DNA from: Octopus sinensis
Taxonomy: Eukaryota
DNA length: 31,747 nt
Direction of reading: 5' to 3'
Assembly (NCBI RefSeq): GCF_006345805.1
Contig: NW_021829648.1
Coordinates: forward strand, 1 to 31,747
In this document: positions 20,234-31,386 of the stretch, in pieces
How positions within the stretch are numbered: the first letter of the stretch is position 1
How the letters are laid out: each line of letters starts with the position of its first letter
Position numbers and translations under genes: made by a program
The notes under the pieces: generated by a model
Database searches by the model: none
Told to the model about the DNA's origin: nothing
Seen by the model: only the letters and a program-made list of their open reading frames with translations

Positions 20234-20318
20234 TGAATGTAAATGGCTCGATGTCAATATTTGGGGAGGGAGAGTACATAGGTAGATGGACAGGTAGTTT
20301 ATACACACACACACATAT

Positions 20319-20350
<32 letters not shown>

Positions 20351-20477
20351 GAACGCACATATATGCATATATGTATACATACTGCACATTCACAAATTCA
20401 TAGAAAGGTATGCACAAAAAAACATGCACAACGCAAACTATGTTCTCTTTAATGGTGCATATGTGTCTATATATACA

Positions 20478-20538
<61 letters not shown>

Positions 20539-20745
20539 TTATATATATATATATATATGCAGATAATATATGCATATATGTATATAATACATATACATAT
20601 ATACATATACATATATATATGCATATATGTATATATATACATACATACAAACTTAGGTGTTTACATACATTACAAGCATTATATACATTATATATATACA
20701 CACACACGCACACACATGCACACGCACACAAATATATATACATAT

Positions 20746-20781
<36 letters not shown>

Positions 20782-20930
20782 ACACACACACATACACACA
20801 CACACAAACATATACACACAGAGAGGGAGAGAGAGATGCATATATAGATACATACATCCATTCAAAGCTACAAAATGCATTTATATACACACACAAACAT
20901 GTATACATACACACATACACGAGGAACCTG
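19870..20930. repeat. Extended compound microsatellite region (TACA/TG/TA/CA)
   Basis: Directly visible. It explains the overlapping ORFs between 20094 and 20968. Confidence 0.92.
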
Positions 20931-21261
20931 AAATAAAAAATGCGTTTGCTATCCACCACCTCCCACATTCCCAGTCTCCATCTTGTTGTAATCCAGTTAA
21001 GCAGTCGTCTAAATCTTTATCTCACAAAGAATAGGTTCGTTAGTGAAGTCTGCGAGAAAATCTCCTCCAATTCCTTAAAATAGCAACCAAAATCAGCATC
21101 GAGAAGCTTCGTCGTTTGTTTATTTTCGCCTCCAGATAGAAAAGCGTATCAGGTTTACAAAACTGGAATAAGAGGCGAAAAAAAATTGTTTTAATTTAAA
21201 TTTCATTAGCGCTAATTCGATTTGACTAATAATTTCGTGTAATTAACTAGATAAAAACATA

Positions 21262-21942
21262 GCATGTGTATATGTATTTATGTGTGTGTATGAATGTATG
21301 TATGTATATAAGTATGTATGTGTGTGCATGCGTGTGCATGTGTGTGTGCATGTGTGCGTGCGTGTGTATGTGTGCATCTGCGCATCTGTACGTATATGAT
21401 ATGTAGATGTGAAAATGGTGTGACGGTATTTTTATGCATGCGTGCGTGCGTGTGTATGTGCGTGCGCGCGCGTATGTGTGCGTATTAGTGTGTTTCTAGG
21501 AAGTGTGGATCTGGGAACATGCGTATTATTGCATAGATGTATACAATCTGTCTTTAAACGTGTTTACGGATGAGTGTACATACATGTCTACAGTATGTAC
21601 GTGTACGTTTGTACATGTATGAAGATATATGCATATTTATGTGTATCAGTAAATGGTGTGAGGTTGTGTAAATGTATGGTCCTTTTGATATATTATGTAT
21701 GTTATACATGCATGCATGTATGTATACATGCATGTACGTATGTATGAATATATGAATGTAGCTATGTAAATTGGTAGGTAACTTGCTATCTCGCTAGGTA
21801 AATGGCCAGGTATATTATGTTTGCATAATACATACATGTATACATACATGTATATGTATGCATGTACATATTTGAATATAAGTATATTAATATACATATA
21901 TTATATATATATATGTATATATATATATAATATATGTATGTT

Positions 21943-21995
<53 letters not shown>

Positions 21996-22195
21996 TAATA
22001 TTAAATATGTATGTTGTGTATATGTATATACATATATACGTATGTATACATATATACGTATATCTACATGTTTTCAGTATATGCAAATAAACTTTCAGAG
22101 ACCCGTTTTCTATGCATCCATTTATGTATGTATGTATATATGTATTCATGCATGCATATACGTATGTATGGATGTATGTGTGTATGCATGCATGA
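21262..22195. repeat. Extended compound microsatellite region (TG/TGCG/TATG/TA)
   Basis: Directly visible. Confidence 0.9.
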
Positions 22196-22819
22196 TTTTA
22201 TTAATGTTTTCTTCGAGTGGATCTCTAGATACTGGATGAAATTTTTTCTGATATATTTCGTTGTTTAAATAGTGTCACACCCTTAATATCATTCTGTCAA
22301 TTCGCAAAAATAACACTGAAACCTTTTACTTCAGCACATGTGTACCTAGATGTAACCTTAAACATATCTGATTGTCAGCGATAGGCGTTTGTTTATTCAG
22401 GCCCTAATCTATCGACATAAAACTCATACAAGGAACTGGAATTCTTTCCTGCGAGGGAAGTGACAACGATATACAATTTTCAGCGATTCATAAGGATAAT
22501 AACATTAATATTTGTTGCTGCTCTTGCTGTTGTTGTTGATGTTGTGATTGTTGTTGTAGGTGGTGGTGGTATTGATGTTGTTTTTATTATTATTAAACAT
22601 TTGGTAGTTTCCGGCAAATTTCTACTATATCACTTGCTACACCTCCGTGTAGCTGGAGTGTGTGTAGCATTGTGCCACACCCTTTGGAAGAGTACAAACT
22701 CTTCCCGGTATTATACTGCGTCAGTTTGTTTGGTTGCACTCTTTTATTGTATTAGTGTTTGTAATGTATGTTGTGTGGATAATGCGAATTGTGTTCATCT
22801 GTTACGCATCCGGGTGAGT

Positions 22820-22895
22820 AGGCAGAACCGCTACCAGATCAGACAAAATGTTCAAAAGCCGCCGAGGTCAACTTTACCTTTCATCATTTTGAGCT
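22820..22895 (+). mobile_element. SINE family C relic
   Basis: ggcagaaccgcta...gttcaaaagccgccgaggtcaactttacctttcatc. Confidence 0.6.
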
Positions 22896-23552
22896 CATTA
22901 AGATAAATGCCATTTGAGCACTAGACGCGACGAGGGTTTCCACCAACTTCTCTCTCAAATATATAAAGAGGCCCGATTTTAAATATATGTTTTTCATCAT
23001 CCCCATTACCCTTCACTGAATAAATACCACGAGCAAGGATGCACTCACTTTTGCGATAAACTTCTACCATATTACATGTTTTCTTTTTTTTTTTTTTTTG
23101 CCTGGTATTGACGATGTTCAATATTTCTGTTGGCTTGTAAGCTGCCAAAAGATGAACTGTTGTTCTTGCTGCTAGGAGCGGAGGTGGTGTGCCGGCGGTG
23201 GTAGTACTTCTGTTAGAGCTATTTAAGTTTACGTTTTCATTTCTCAAATCGTGGCTGTTGAATACCTGTGCCTTGGATTTAATTGCCATTTATCTATTTT
23301 ACCTTCTTTATATCAAATTGTTTATTGGGGAGGGGTTATTTTCTTTTCTTTCTTTTTTTGCGGCAGGATAGCTTTCGCTGCAATCATCTTTGTCCACACC
23401 GCTCCCTCCCACACGCACACATACCTACAAACTCATAGGTGGCCATCCTCAGCCACTAATAAACAAAGTAAAATGGATGTTTGCTAAAAATGTATATACA
23501 ATAAAAATATATAGGAGTAAATGCAGTGAACATTAAAGTATTCCGAAGCCCC

Positions 23553-23979
23553 TTTACTCTTTTACTCTTTTTTACTCTTTTTTTTACTCTTTTTACTTGT
23601 TTCAGTCATTTGACTGCGGCCATGCTGGAGCACCGCCTTTAGTCGAGCAAATCGACCCCGGGACTTATTCTTTGTAAGCCCAGTACTTATACTATCGGTC
23701 TCTTTTGCCGAACCGCTAAGTTACGGGGACGTAAAACACACCCAGCACGGTTGTCAAGCAATGCTAGGGGAACAAACACAGACACACAAACATATTCACA
23801 CACACTTATATATATATACATAAATACGACAGGCTTCTTTCAGTTTCCGTCTACCAAATCCACTCACAAGGCATTGGTCGGCCCGGGGCTATAGCGGAAG
23901 ACACTTGCCCAAGATGCCACGCAGTGGGACTGAACCCGGAACCATGTGGTTGGTTAGCAAGCTACTTACCAAACAGCCA
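23553..23979 (-). mobile_element. SINE family A, full length, with tandem (GAGTAAAA)n-like 3' tail
   Basis: Colinear reverse complement of 11041-11450, with an internal CA/TA spacer at ~23775-23825. Confidence 0.92.
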
Positions 23980-24075
23980 AGCAGTGCAAAAATTGGCAAT
24001 GTGAATTGATAAATAAATTCTCCCCCTCTCTCTCTCTATCTATCTATCTATCCATATATATATATATATGTGTGT

Positions 24076-24127
<52 letters not shown>

Positions 24128-24628
24128 GCTCACTACGTCACCAGTATTGTTTGAGACAATTGAGGAAGTTGTAACTACCTATTTCGTCATCAATAATTAA
24201 GATAGTCTTTTAAGCTCTAGAGGTGTTGGAATCACGTGGTTTGAAAAAACATATAAGTGTTAATACTTTGTAGTTTTATTATCTTTTAAACAGTTTTAAT
24301 TTAGCTTTAATCGTAGCAAGGTTTTATAATAATAGTTAATTACAAGTATACTTTTATTAGTTCCTATTTAATAAAATTTGATGTTTCTATTAGTTACTGG
24401 CAATTTTACATTAAAGCTTGTAAGAGTAATATATATTAATGAGTATGTAGTGTTTTTATTATTAACTTTTGAATTATGAAATAATGTATTTCCCTCATAA
24501 TTATTATATTATTCGTTAAATTAAATTCAATCGTATTTTGTTTTGGGGAGAATTGAATTTTATCATAGTAGTAACTATGGAAGACTGACTAGTGGCATTA
24601 TTATTTGTATGGACTTAAAGATTGGTTG

Positions 24629-24790
24629 CTATTTAGTGTATAATTTCTTTATTGCATTTCGTTTTTGGATTTGGTTTGCAAGATTCTTTATATGAGTTCG
24701 TGTGTTGAAGCATATTCTTTTGTATCTGGGGAGAGTCATTCTCTTTTAGTGCTTTATTATTTAACACACTCACCGGTAAAATTTCCACTT
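24629..24790 (-). repeat. Family F copy 2 with the 36-codon frame MTLPRYKRICFNTRTHIKNLANQIQKRNAIKKLYTK* (24739..24629)
   Basis: Aligns to 458-606 without a frameshift. Confidence 0.7.
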
Positions 24791-25101
24791 ATTTCTTATT
24801 TTTATTTTCTAAAATTTTCGTTGCGTCTTGCAACCTTTTCAATAGTCTTGACTCTCTTTATTGTACGTTTACTATTAATACCGATGTGTATAGATTTATG
24901 TGTTTGAAAGTTGTGGTTTCTTTGGTATGTTTTTTCCTAAACTACACTTATTTTAGTTCAGTTGACTCCGCCGGACTGAATGGTACTACCTAGGTGTCGA
25001 AACCATAATGATATCCGTGAGGCAGCTGATGATGGAGATATGCTAGATTGTTGGTATGGCTGTTTTTGCATATGTGGAATAGTATTATAACACATCCTTT
25101 T

Positions 25102-25176
<75 letters not shown>

Positions 25177-25300
25177 AAGGTTGAGTTCAATTAGAACAGT
25201 TTTATTTTGTGGGATCCAAGTTAGATTTCTAATAAAGATTCTTCATATTAAATTATAGCTTGCTATTGCAAGTCTTTTATTAAAAATATGAAAATTGTAC

Positions 25301-25458
25301 AAGTGTAAGGTGTATTATGAGCATTTATAGAACAGTCCTATATCAACTCAACGAACGATTAAAGATGGAGAAGAAAAGATGTTCACTTCTCCATCTTTAA
25401 TTGTTTGTTGAATTGATATAGGACTGTGTCCTATAAATGCTCATAATACACCTTATAC

Positions 25459-25460
<2 letters not shown>
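25301..25460. repeat. 160-bp near-perfect foldback (73/75-nt arms, 12-nt loop), probable hairpin MITE
   Basis: Arms 25301-25373 and 25386-25460 differ by 4 substitutions and 2 unpaired nt. No clear TSD. Confidence 0.9.
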
Positions 25461-25514
<54 letters not shown>

Positions 25515-25847
25515 CATTTATTATATTATGCTATATATATAGAGAGTAATATAACATAATATAGTAATGGAGACTTACATAAAGATCTTCAAGTTCCCGT
25601 GTCAACGATACGATGATTGCAGCACTTCTTCAGCTGCTTTGTAGGTTTTTTTCGTATTTGCAGTTGATGGTGTTAACGATACCGGGCTTACGACGACTGA
25701 TATTGAAGTTCGTCTCTTTTGTCGTCACATGTGGCTTGTCAATCCATATTAATCTTTTTTTTTTTTAACCAGAATAATATTGACAGTGAAGTTATTTCGA
25801 AGTTACCGTCAATACTATTCGTGTTAAAGAGTAATAAACAGACAGAC

Positions 25848-25877
25848 GGACAAACAGACAGAAAGACTGACTGACTG

Positions 25878-25909
<32 letters not shown>

Positions 25910-25955
25910 ACCGACGGACCGACGGGCGGACGGAATGACGGACGGATGGACGGAT
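25848..25955. repeat. (GACA)-(GACT)-(GACG)-(GATG) tetranucleotide gradient
   Basis: Directly visible. Confidence 0.9.
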
Positions 25956-26349
25956 GAATTGACAAATATATATTTTATATCATCGGAATTGTACAAATTC
26001 TCTACTTCGAAAAGATATGTGACTCTGAAAATTGGTCAGTCGTTCAAAGATCGCCTTTCAGAGATACTCGTCGCCTAAAGATGCTTAATCTGCTTTATTG
26101 GTGTCTATAGATGGAGTGCCAAATTATTATTATTATTATTATTATTGTTGTTGTTGTTCACATTTGAACGCCATTAAAGTCTGTTGTTATTGTCTGAAAA
26201 CGGTTTAAAGAGACTGTGGTGTCTGAACACAGTTTAAAGCGCTTTGTTCTTCTCTTTGAGGTTGGATGTTTATTGACAACTTTAAAAGAAAGAATAATGA
26301 CTGTTGAGATAACGACATAATACATCGATATACCATACTTAAAGATATG

Positions 26350-26494
26350 TTGTGTGTGTGACTGTGTGTGTGTGCGTGCTTGTGTGTCTGTGGCTAACTT
26401 TGTGTGTGTGCGTTTGTGTTTATATATACGTATGTGTTGATATATTTATACATATACATACACACACACGCATATATATACAATATATATATAA

Positions 26495-26535
<41 letters not shown>

Positions 26536-26970
26536 CATGTATGTGTGTATGTATATAGAGAGAGACACACACGTATATATGTACTTGTATCTATGTATGT
26601 GTGCGTGCGTGTGAATATATAATAAATGCATGTATATATGAACATACACTCGCTCGCCATATATACACACATATATACATACATGCATACATACATACAT
26701 ACATACATACATACACACATACACACAAACGTACGTGCGAGTGTGTAAGCTGATCTCTTTCTAAAACTTGTAATTTACATTCTACGTTAGCAAATGTATT
26801 TTATTAATACATTAATGTATATACGTGCATATGTATGTACATGCATACGTCTGCATACACGTATGTATGTATGTATGTATGTATGTATGTATGTATGTAT
26901 GTATGTATGTATGTATGTATGTATGTATGTATGTATCAACGTTTGTGTGTATGTATGTATGTGCGTGTAG
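26350..26970. repeat. Compound microsatellites (TG/TA/TACA/TATG)
   Basis: Directly visible. Confidence 0.9.
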
Positions 26971-27380
26971 AAAATTTCCACTTTTGAAAAGACTGGCATA
27001 TGTATGTAGGCCCGTACATTACTTCTCACAATTATAGACGAGGAAGAAACTATAAATTCTATGTAGTAACTAGAAATGAAAGCACTAGAGTAGAGATGAA
27101 TAACTCGCACCTCCCCGACTAAGATATTCTAGTAAAAGACTGCAACAAGACAGAAAACAGTGGCTAAGAGATAAATGATAAATGATAAATTATAACTTTG
27201 GCACAAGGCCTAGCATGACACTCATGTTTATCTTGAGGCATCAGTTGCTTAATATAGTTGTCTTCAACCAGGAATCGAAACCAGTTTGTGAGCCAACGGT
27301 CGCTCGATGACATAGAAATAAAAGTTAAATCTGCTTGTTTTCACACTCAAACTGTTTTAAATAGTGTGAGTCGTCTACTT

Positions 27381-27530
27381 GGTTACATCCTCACAGTACT
27401 TAACTGGTACTTATTTTATCGACCCCAAAAGGATGACAGGCAAAGTCAGCCTCGGTGGAATTTGGTCGCAGAACGTAAAGAGCTAGTTGAAATGACCGAC
27501 GCGCTAATGATTCTACCAGCTCGTCACATT
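27381..27530 (-). mobile_element. SINE family C, internally deleted
   Basis: aactggtacttattttatcgaccccaaaaggatgacaggcaaagtc...gattctaccagctcg. Confidence 0.75.
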
Positions 27531-27547
27531 TGCTTTCGTTTTAAATC

Positions 27548-27745
27548 TTTTCTACTATAGGCACAAGGCATGAAACTTTGGGGGAGGGGTCTAGTTGGTA
27601 ACACCAACAACCGTGCTCAGCTGGTTCTTATTTTATCGACCCCGTATGGGCCTCAGCGGAATTTGAAGACCGAACGTAAACGGCGGAAAGAAATGTCGCT
27701 AAGCATTTTGTCCGGCATGGTAACGATTCCACAAGCTTGCTACTT
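27548..27745 (-). mobile_element. SINE family C, tandem with the previous copy
   Basis: ggcacaaggc...ttattttatcgacccc...ggaatttgaa...gctaagcatttt...aacgattcc. Confidence 0.72.
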
Positions 27746-27769
27746 TCGATACAATCTTAAGTAAAATGA

Positions 27770-27860
27770 AAGACACAAAGGATGAACTCTGGTTAAAATA
27801 ATTTCTCTCATCATAGTTCTGTTGAAGCAGGGTTAACCTGGGGTTAAACAGCAAAGACAA
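27770..27860 (+). mobile_element. Family E tail fragment
   Basis: atcatagttctgttgaagcagggttaacctggggttaaacagcaaagacaac. Confidence 0.45.
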
Positions 27861-28066
27861 CGACAAAAAAACTAATTTGCGAAGCCAGCTTAGCATGAAT
27901 GTAAGCTGTAATATCATTACATGGCCTGATTTTACCTTATAACATACAGATGCAACAAAAATCTGTAAACTATTTTGTTCGATGTTCTTCTGATTCACAT
28001 AAATATTTGCCCGCCCAACGATAAATGACAATTCATACTACAGTATCAATCCTTATTTTTTATGTA

Positions 28067-28248
28067 TTTCTTGTTTCAGTCATTATACTGTGGCCATGCT
28101 GGAGTACCACAGCGTTGAAGGATTGAGTCGAACAAATCGACACTAGTATTTATGGTACTAAGTCTATCGATCTCTTATGCCGAAACGCTAGGATACGGAC
28201 AAATAATTTAGCCAACAACGGGTGTCAAGCGGTAGGGAAGTCAAACTC
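28067..28248 (-). mobile_element. SINE family A, 3' half, adjoining (ACAT)n
   Basis: ttgtttcagtcatt...ggccatgctggagtacc...atgccgaaacgct...gtcaagcgg. Confidence 0.78.
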
Positions 28249-28436
28249 AAACACATACATACATACATACATACATACATACATACATACATACATACTA
28301 CATAATACATACATATTACAAAATAAGGCAAAAAAGAAAAATTCTAATGCCAATATGCCAAAAAAAAAGACTGCTAGCCATTGATAAAATTTTTTTGAAA
28401 AAATGTTTATATCCTACATATATATTATATATATAT

Positions 28437-28479
<43 letters not shown>

Positions 28480-28489
28480 GTAACATTCG

Positions 28490-28680
28490 CTATGTTGGAC
28501 CCTGAACTCGACACGTTTTTTTTTTCGTTCTCTCTCTGCTTATTCCTCTTATTCCTCTTATTGAAGAGCATAGGCTCGAAACGTAAAATACGTTTTCATT
28601 TTTCCCGAATGTCAAACTAATACACTTGCTTGTTGTTCATACACCTGTCTTCGTCTTTTATTTTTCAATAAATTTCACTA
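28490..28680 (+). mobile_element. Penelope-like element terminal-repeat fragment with a hammerhead-like core
   Basis: TTGAAGAGC-atag-GCTCGAAACGTA at 28561-28585, then gtcaaactaatacac. Homologous to the segment fused to the GIY-YIG fragment at 29730-29797. Flanked by (TA)n on both sides. Confidence 0.6.
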
Positions 28681-28700
28681 TATATTATATATGTATGTAT

Positions 28701-28733
<33 letters not shown>

Positions 28734-28748
28734 GATATATATATATAG

Positions 28749-28787
<39 letters not shown>

Positions 28788-28788
<1 letters not shown>

Positions 28789-29144
28789 AGAGGTGACCCT
28801 GATAGGAAGCCTTACATGCTACAAAGGGTAGCCAAACCTAAACCACTGACTATGTGACTATGTGAATGCGCTTGTGCGGTTGATCTGAAAACGCAATGTA
28901 TAAGTATGCAGCACGCATGTGTGATTTCGGTACGTATTAGATACATAATTATGCATTGTCTTAGTGATCCCACTGATGACGTACGGATGACAAATTAATT
29001 TATTTGTTCATTAATAAAGAAACTCTAGTTTGGGGTTAACTATAAATAATTTTTGTTTTCATTCTCTTTAGAATTAATTTTTTTCGTGGTTTGGATTTGG
29101 CTGCCCTTTCTAGCTTGTAAGGCGTCCTGTCAAGGGTCACCTCC
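28788..29144. repeat. Pair of ~59-bp imperfect inverted repeats (28788-28846 and 29086-29144), unclassified 'family G'
   Basis: agaggtgaccct-gataggaagccttacatgctacaaagggtagccaaacctaaaccac versus the reverse complement ggaggtgacccttgacaggacgccttacaagctagaaagggcagccaaatccaaaccac; about 50/59 identical by eye. Confidence 0.75.
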
Positions 29145-29520
29145 CTGTGTATAAATACTTATACACTCTTACATATGAAAATATATTGTCTATTGACTTT
29201 TATTATGCATCGTAGCCATCGGTATGAATTTTTTTCTAAATTTTCTACCCTTATAATTTTCACAGTATGTGTGTGTGTGTGTTTACGTGTATATATATAA
29301 TATAAAATATATATATATATGCATATATATACATACGTATATGTACATACTTACATTTATACGTATATATATATATATATTATATATATATATATATATT
29401 ATATATATATATAATCCCCAAAGTGTCATTATTATATATATATATATATATATATATATCATCCCCAAAGTGTCATTAAGGGGATAATCAAAGGTATGAG
29501 TTTGTATGCGCCCTATATAT

Positions 29521-29797
29521 ATATATCTTAAAATCAGTCGTACTACCTATGTAAATCTTTTTAGGTTCATTAAGGGTTGAGGCATCAACTTTTTATATGA
29601 CATTTCTCCTTAAACAGAACCATTTTAGGGGACAAAGCTCCTTATTACGACAATTACATGTTTTATTCGTTTTATTTCTAGGTTTAGCCTTTCTATTTTT
29701 AATATCAGGGTTCTTCTTACTATTATTCATAAGAAATGTATTAGCTTGACGCTTGGTGAAAGGAGAGAGTTTGACGTTTCGAGCATAGTCGGAAAGG
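29521..29797 (-). mobile_element. Penelope-like retroelement fragment: terminal-repeat piece (29797-29731) fused to a Cys-rich linker + GIY-YIG endonuclease pseudo-ORF (29730-29521)
   Basis: Reads MNNSKKNPDIKNRKAKPRNKTNKTCNCRNKELCPLKWFCLRRNVI*KVDASTLNEPKKIYIGSTTDFKIY. CNC-x5-CPL-x3-CL followed by VI(Y)...YIG is the PLE signature. The TAA at 29595-29593 replaces the Tyr. Confidence 0.85.
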
Positions 29798-29895
29798 AGA
29801 AAAGAAAAAGTTCAAAGAAATATATATATATATATCTATGTATGTATGTATGTATGTATGTATGTATGAATGTCTATGTATATGTATGTATGTGT

Positions 29896-30050
29896 GACGG
29901 TTTCTTTCAGTTTCCGTCGATCAAATTCATTCACCTAGCCCGAGTCTATAGTAGAAGACATTTGCCCAAGGTGCCGTGCAGTGGGACCGAACCTAAAAAA
30001 CACATGGTTGTAAATCGAGTTTCTTAACCACACAGCCATACTCACGCCTA
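29896..30050 (-). mobile_element. SINE family A, 5' half (tRNA head + CORE-like)
   Basis: ttctttcagtttccgtc...ctatagtagaagacatttgcccaaggtgccgtgcagtggga...accacacagccatactcacgccta. Confidence 0.85.
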
Positions 30051-30466
30051 TTCTTATCACAAACAAACAGTGAAGACGGAGAAAATTATAATTTTCTGAT
30101 TAACTGCATCTTTAGAGATAATTACAATAATTTAATAATTACATTTGCACTTCGTTATGATCAGTTCGATCTCAAATTGTTGTTTTGCGTCTTCTTCCTA
30201 ACTAGATGTGTACTTCGTACCATACCAGATTCGAACTAGGGACTTTTATTTCTAAATTAAAGGCTAGTAAAGTTATGTTTTCATACACGACTACGTGTGA
30301 TGCATGTACATTTGAATTCGATTATGTATTCTGTACATATCCAGTTGTATGACACGAGTTGATCGCAGATAAAATTGATTGAAATGTTGACTAGACTTGA
30401 ATAAAAAAAAATATTCACCTGAAAATATTTTGAAGAAAAAAATAAGTATATTCTAAATATAATCAA

Positions 30467-30600
30467 GATGTGTGGTTAAGACTTTCGCTTCGCAACCATG
30501 CGCTGTCTTGAGTAAGTGTCTTATACTATGTATGGCCCCGGGTTGACTAGCGCCTTACGATTTGGTAGACGGAAGCTGTGTGGAAGCTCGTCGTATACAC
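30467..30600 (+). mobile_element. SINE family A head, degraded; a family C head fragment (30632-30677, minus) follows
   Basis: tgtgtggttaaga...taagtgtcttatactat...gatttggtagacggaagctg. Confidence 0.6.
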
Positions 30601-30963
30601 ATACACGCGTAAAGACTGATGAAGTGCAGTTAAACATTTTCTCTGGCGTGCTACCGATTTTGCCGACTCGCCGCCTTAAATTGAATCATATATTGACGTT
30701 TGGAATGTGTGCACTTATGATTTGTGCACCGGGTAGTTTGTATATTTCCCAAACGGTACTTGATATTTTTTTCTCTAAAACTGCTTGATACCAACGGAAG
30801 TAGTTATCCTGACTTGGGTGTCGATATCACAATGATATTCGTTAGCTATCTGATGAGGGGAATTGCCCGGTCATTGTTAATGTTCGCTGGTTTGTTTTCG
30901 TCTTCCTTGTTCTTTTGCTTTGTCTTGGTGTGCTTTACGAGGATTATACAGGTTCTTGGGTCA

Positions 30964-31060
30964 TTTCTCATTTTAGATGGCGCTAGCTACAGGGTTTCTC
31001 ATTTTAGATGGCGTTAGCTACAGGATTTCTCATTTTAGAAGCCGTTAGCTACAGGGTTAA
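30964..31060. repeat. 3 x 31-bp tandem repeat ending in a piggyBac-like terminus plus TTAA
   Basis: Units start at 30964, 30995 and 31026 (tttctcattttagatggcg(c/t)tagctacagg(g/a)). The last is followed by TTAA at 31057-31060. Confidence 0.8.
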
Positions 31061-31257
31061 ATAATCACACAGTAAGTAATCACAGTTTAGCATGGTCAAT
31101 TCATCGTTATAAGATAAATATGAAGCATATATGACTAGGTATGTTAACAAGATTATATAACATATCAACAAACAATTATGTAATCCTGGCCATAATTTGA
31201 TGAAACGCGTGTTTTATAACACTCACACATACATGCATACATACATACATACATACA

Positions 31258-31342
<85 letters not shown>

Positions 31343-31386
31343 CAACTCTCACTGTCGGTTCCAGCTGCTGATCTATTTTTATAACA

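Noticed and set aside
22460-22906. 148-aa hydrophobic ORF suggesting a membrane protein
   Set aside because: The hydrophobicity comes from (GTT)n/(GGT)n repeats, the C-terminus runs into a SINE relic, and it starts at GTG.
25570-25745. GC-richer stretch with protein-like minus-strand frames and a GTAAGT donor
   Set aside because: No frame stays open to the donor and there is no acceptor; no recognisable domain.
30851-30875. CTGATGA-GGG-gaattg-CCC resembling a hammerhead core and stem II
   Set aside because: Followed by GGTC instead of the essential GAAA, with no stem III or cleavage triplet.
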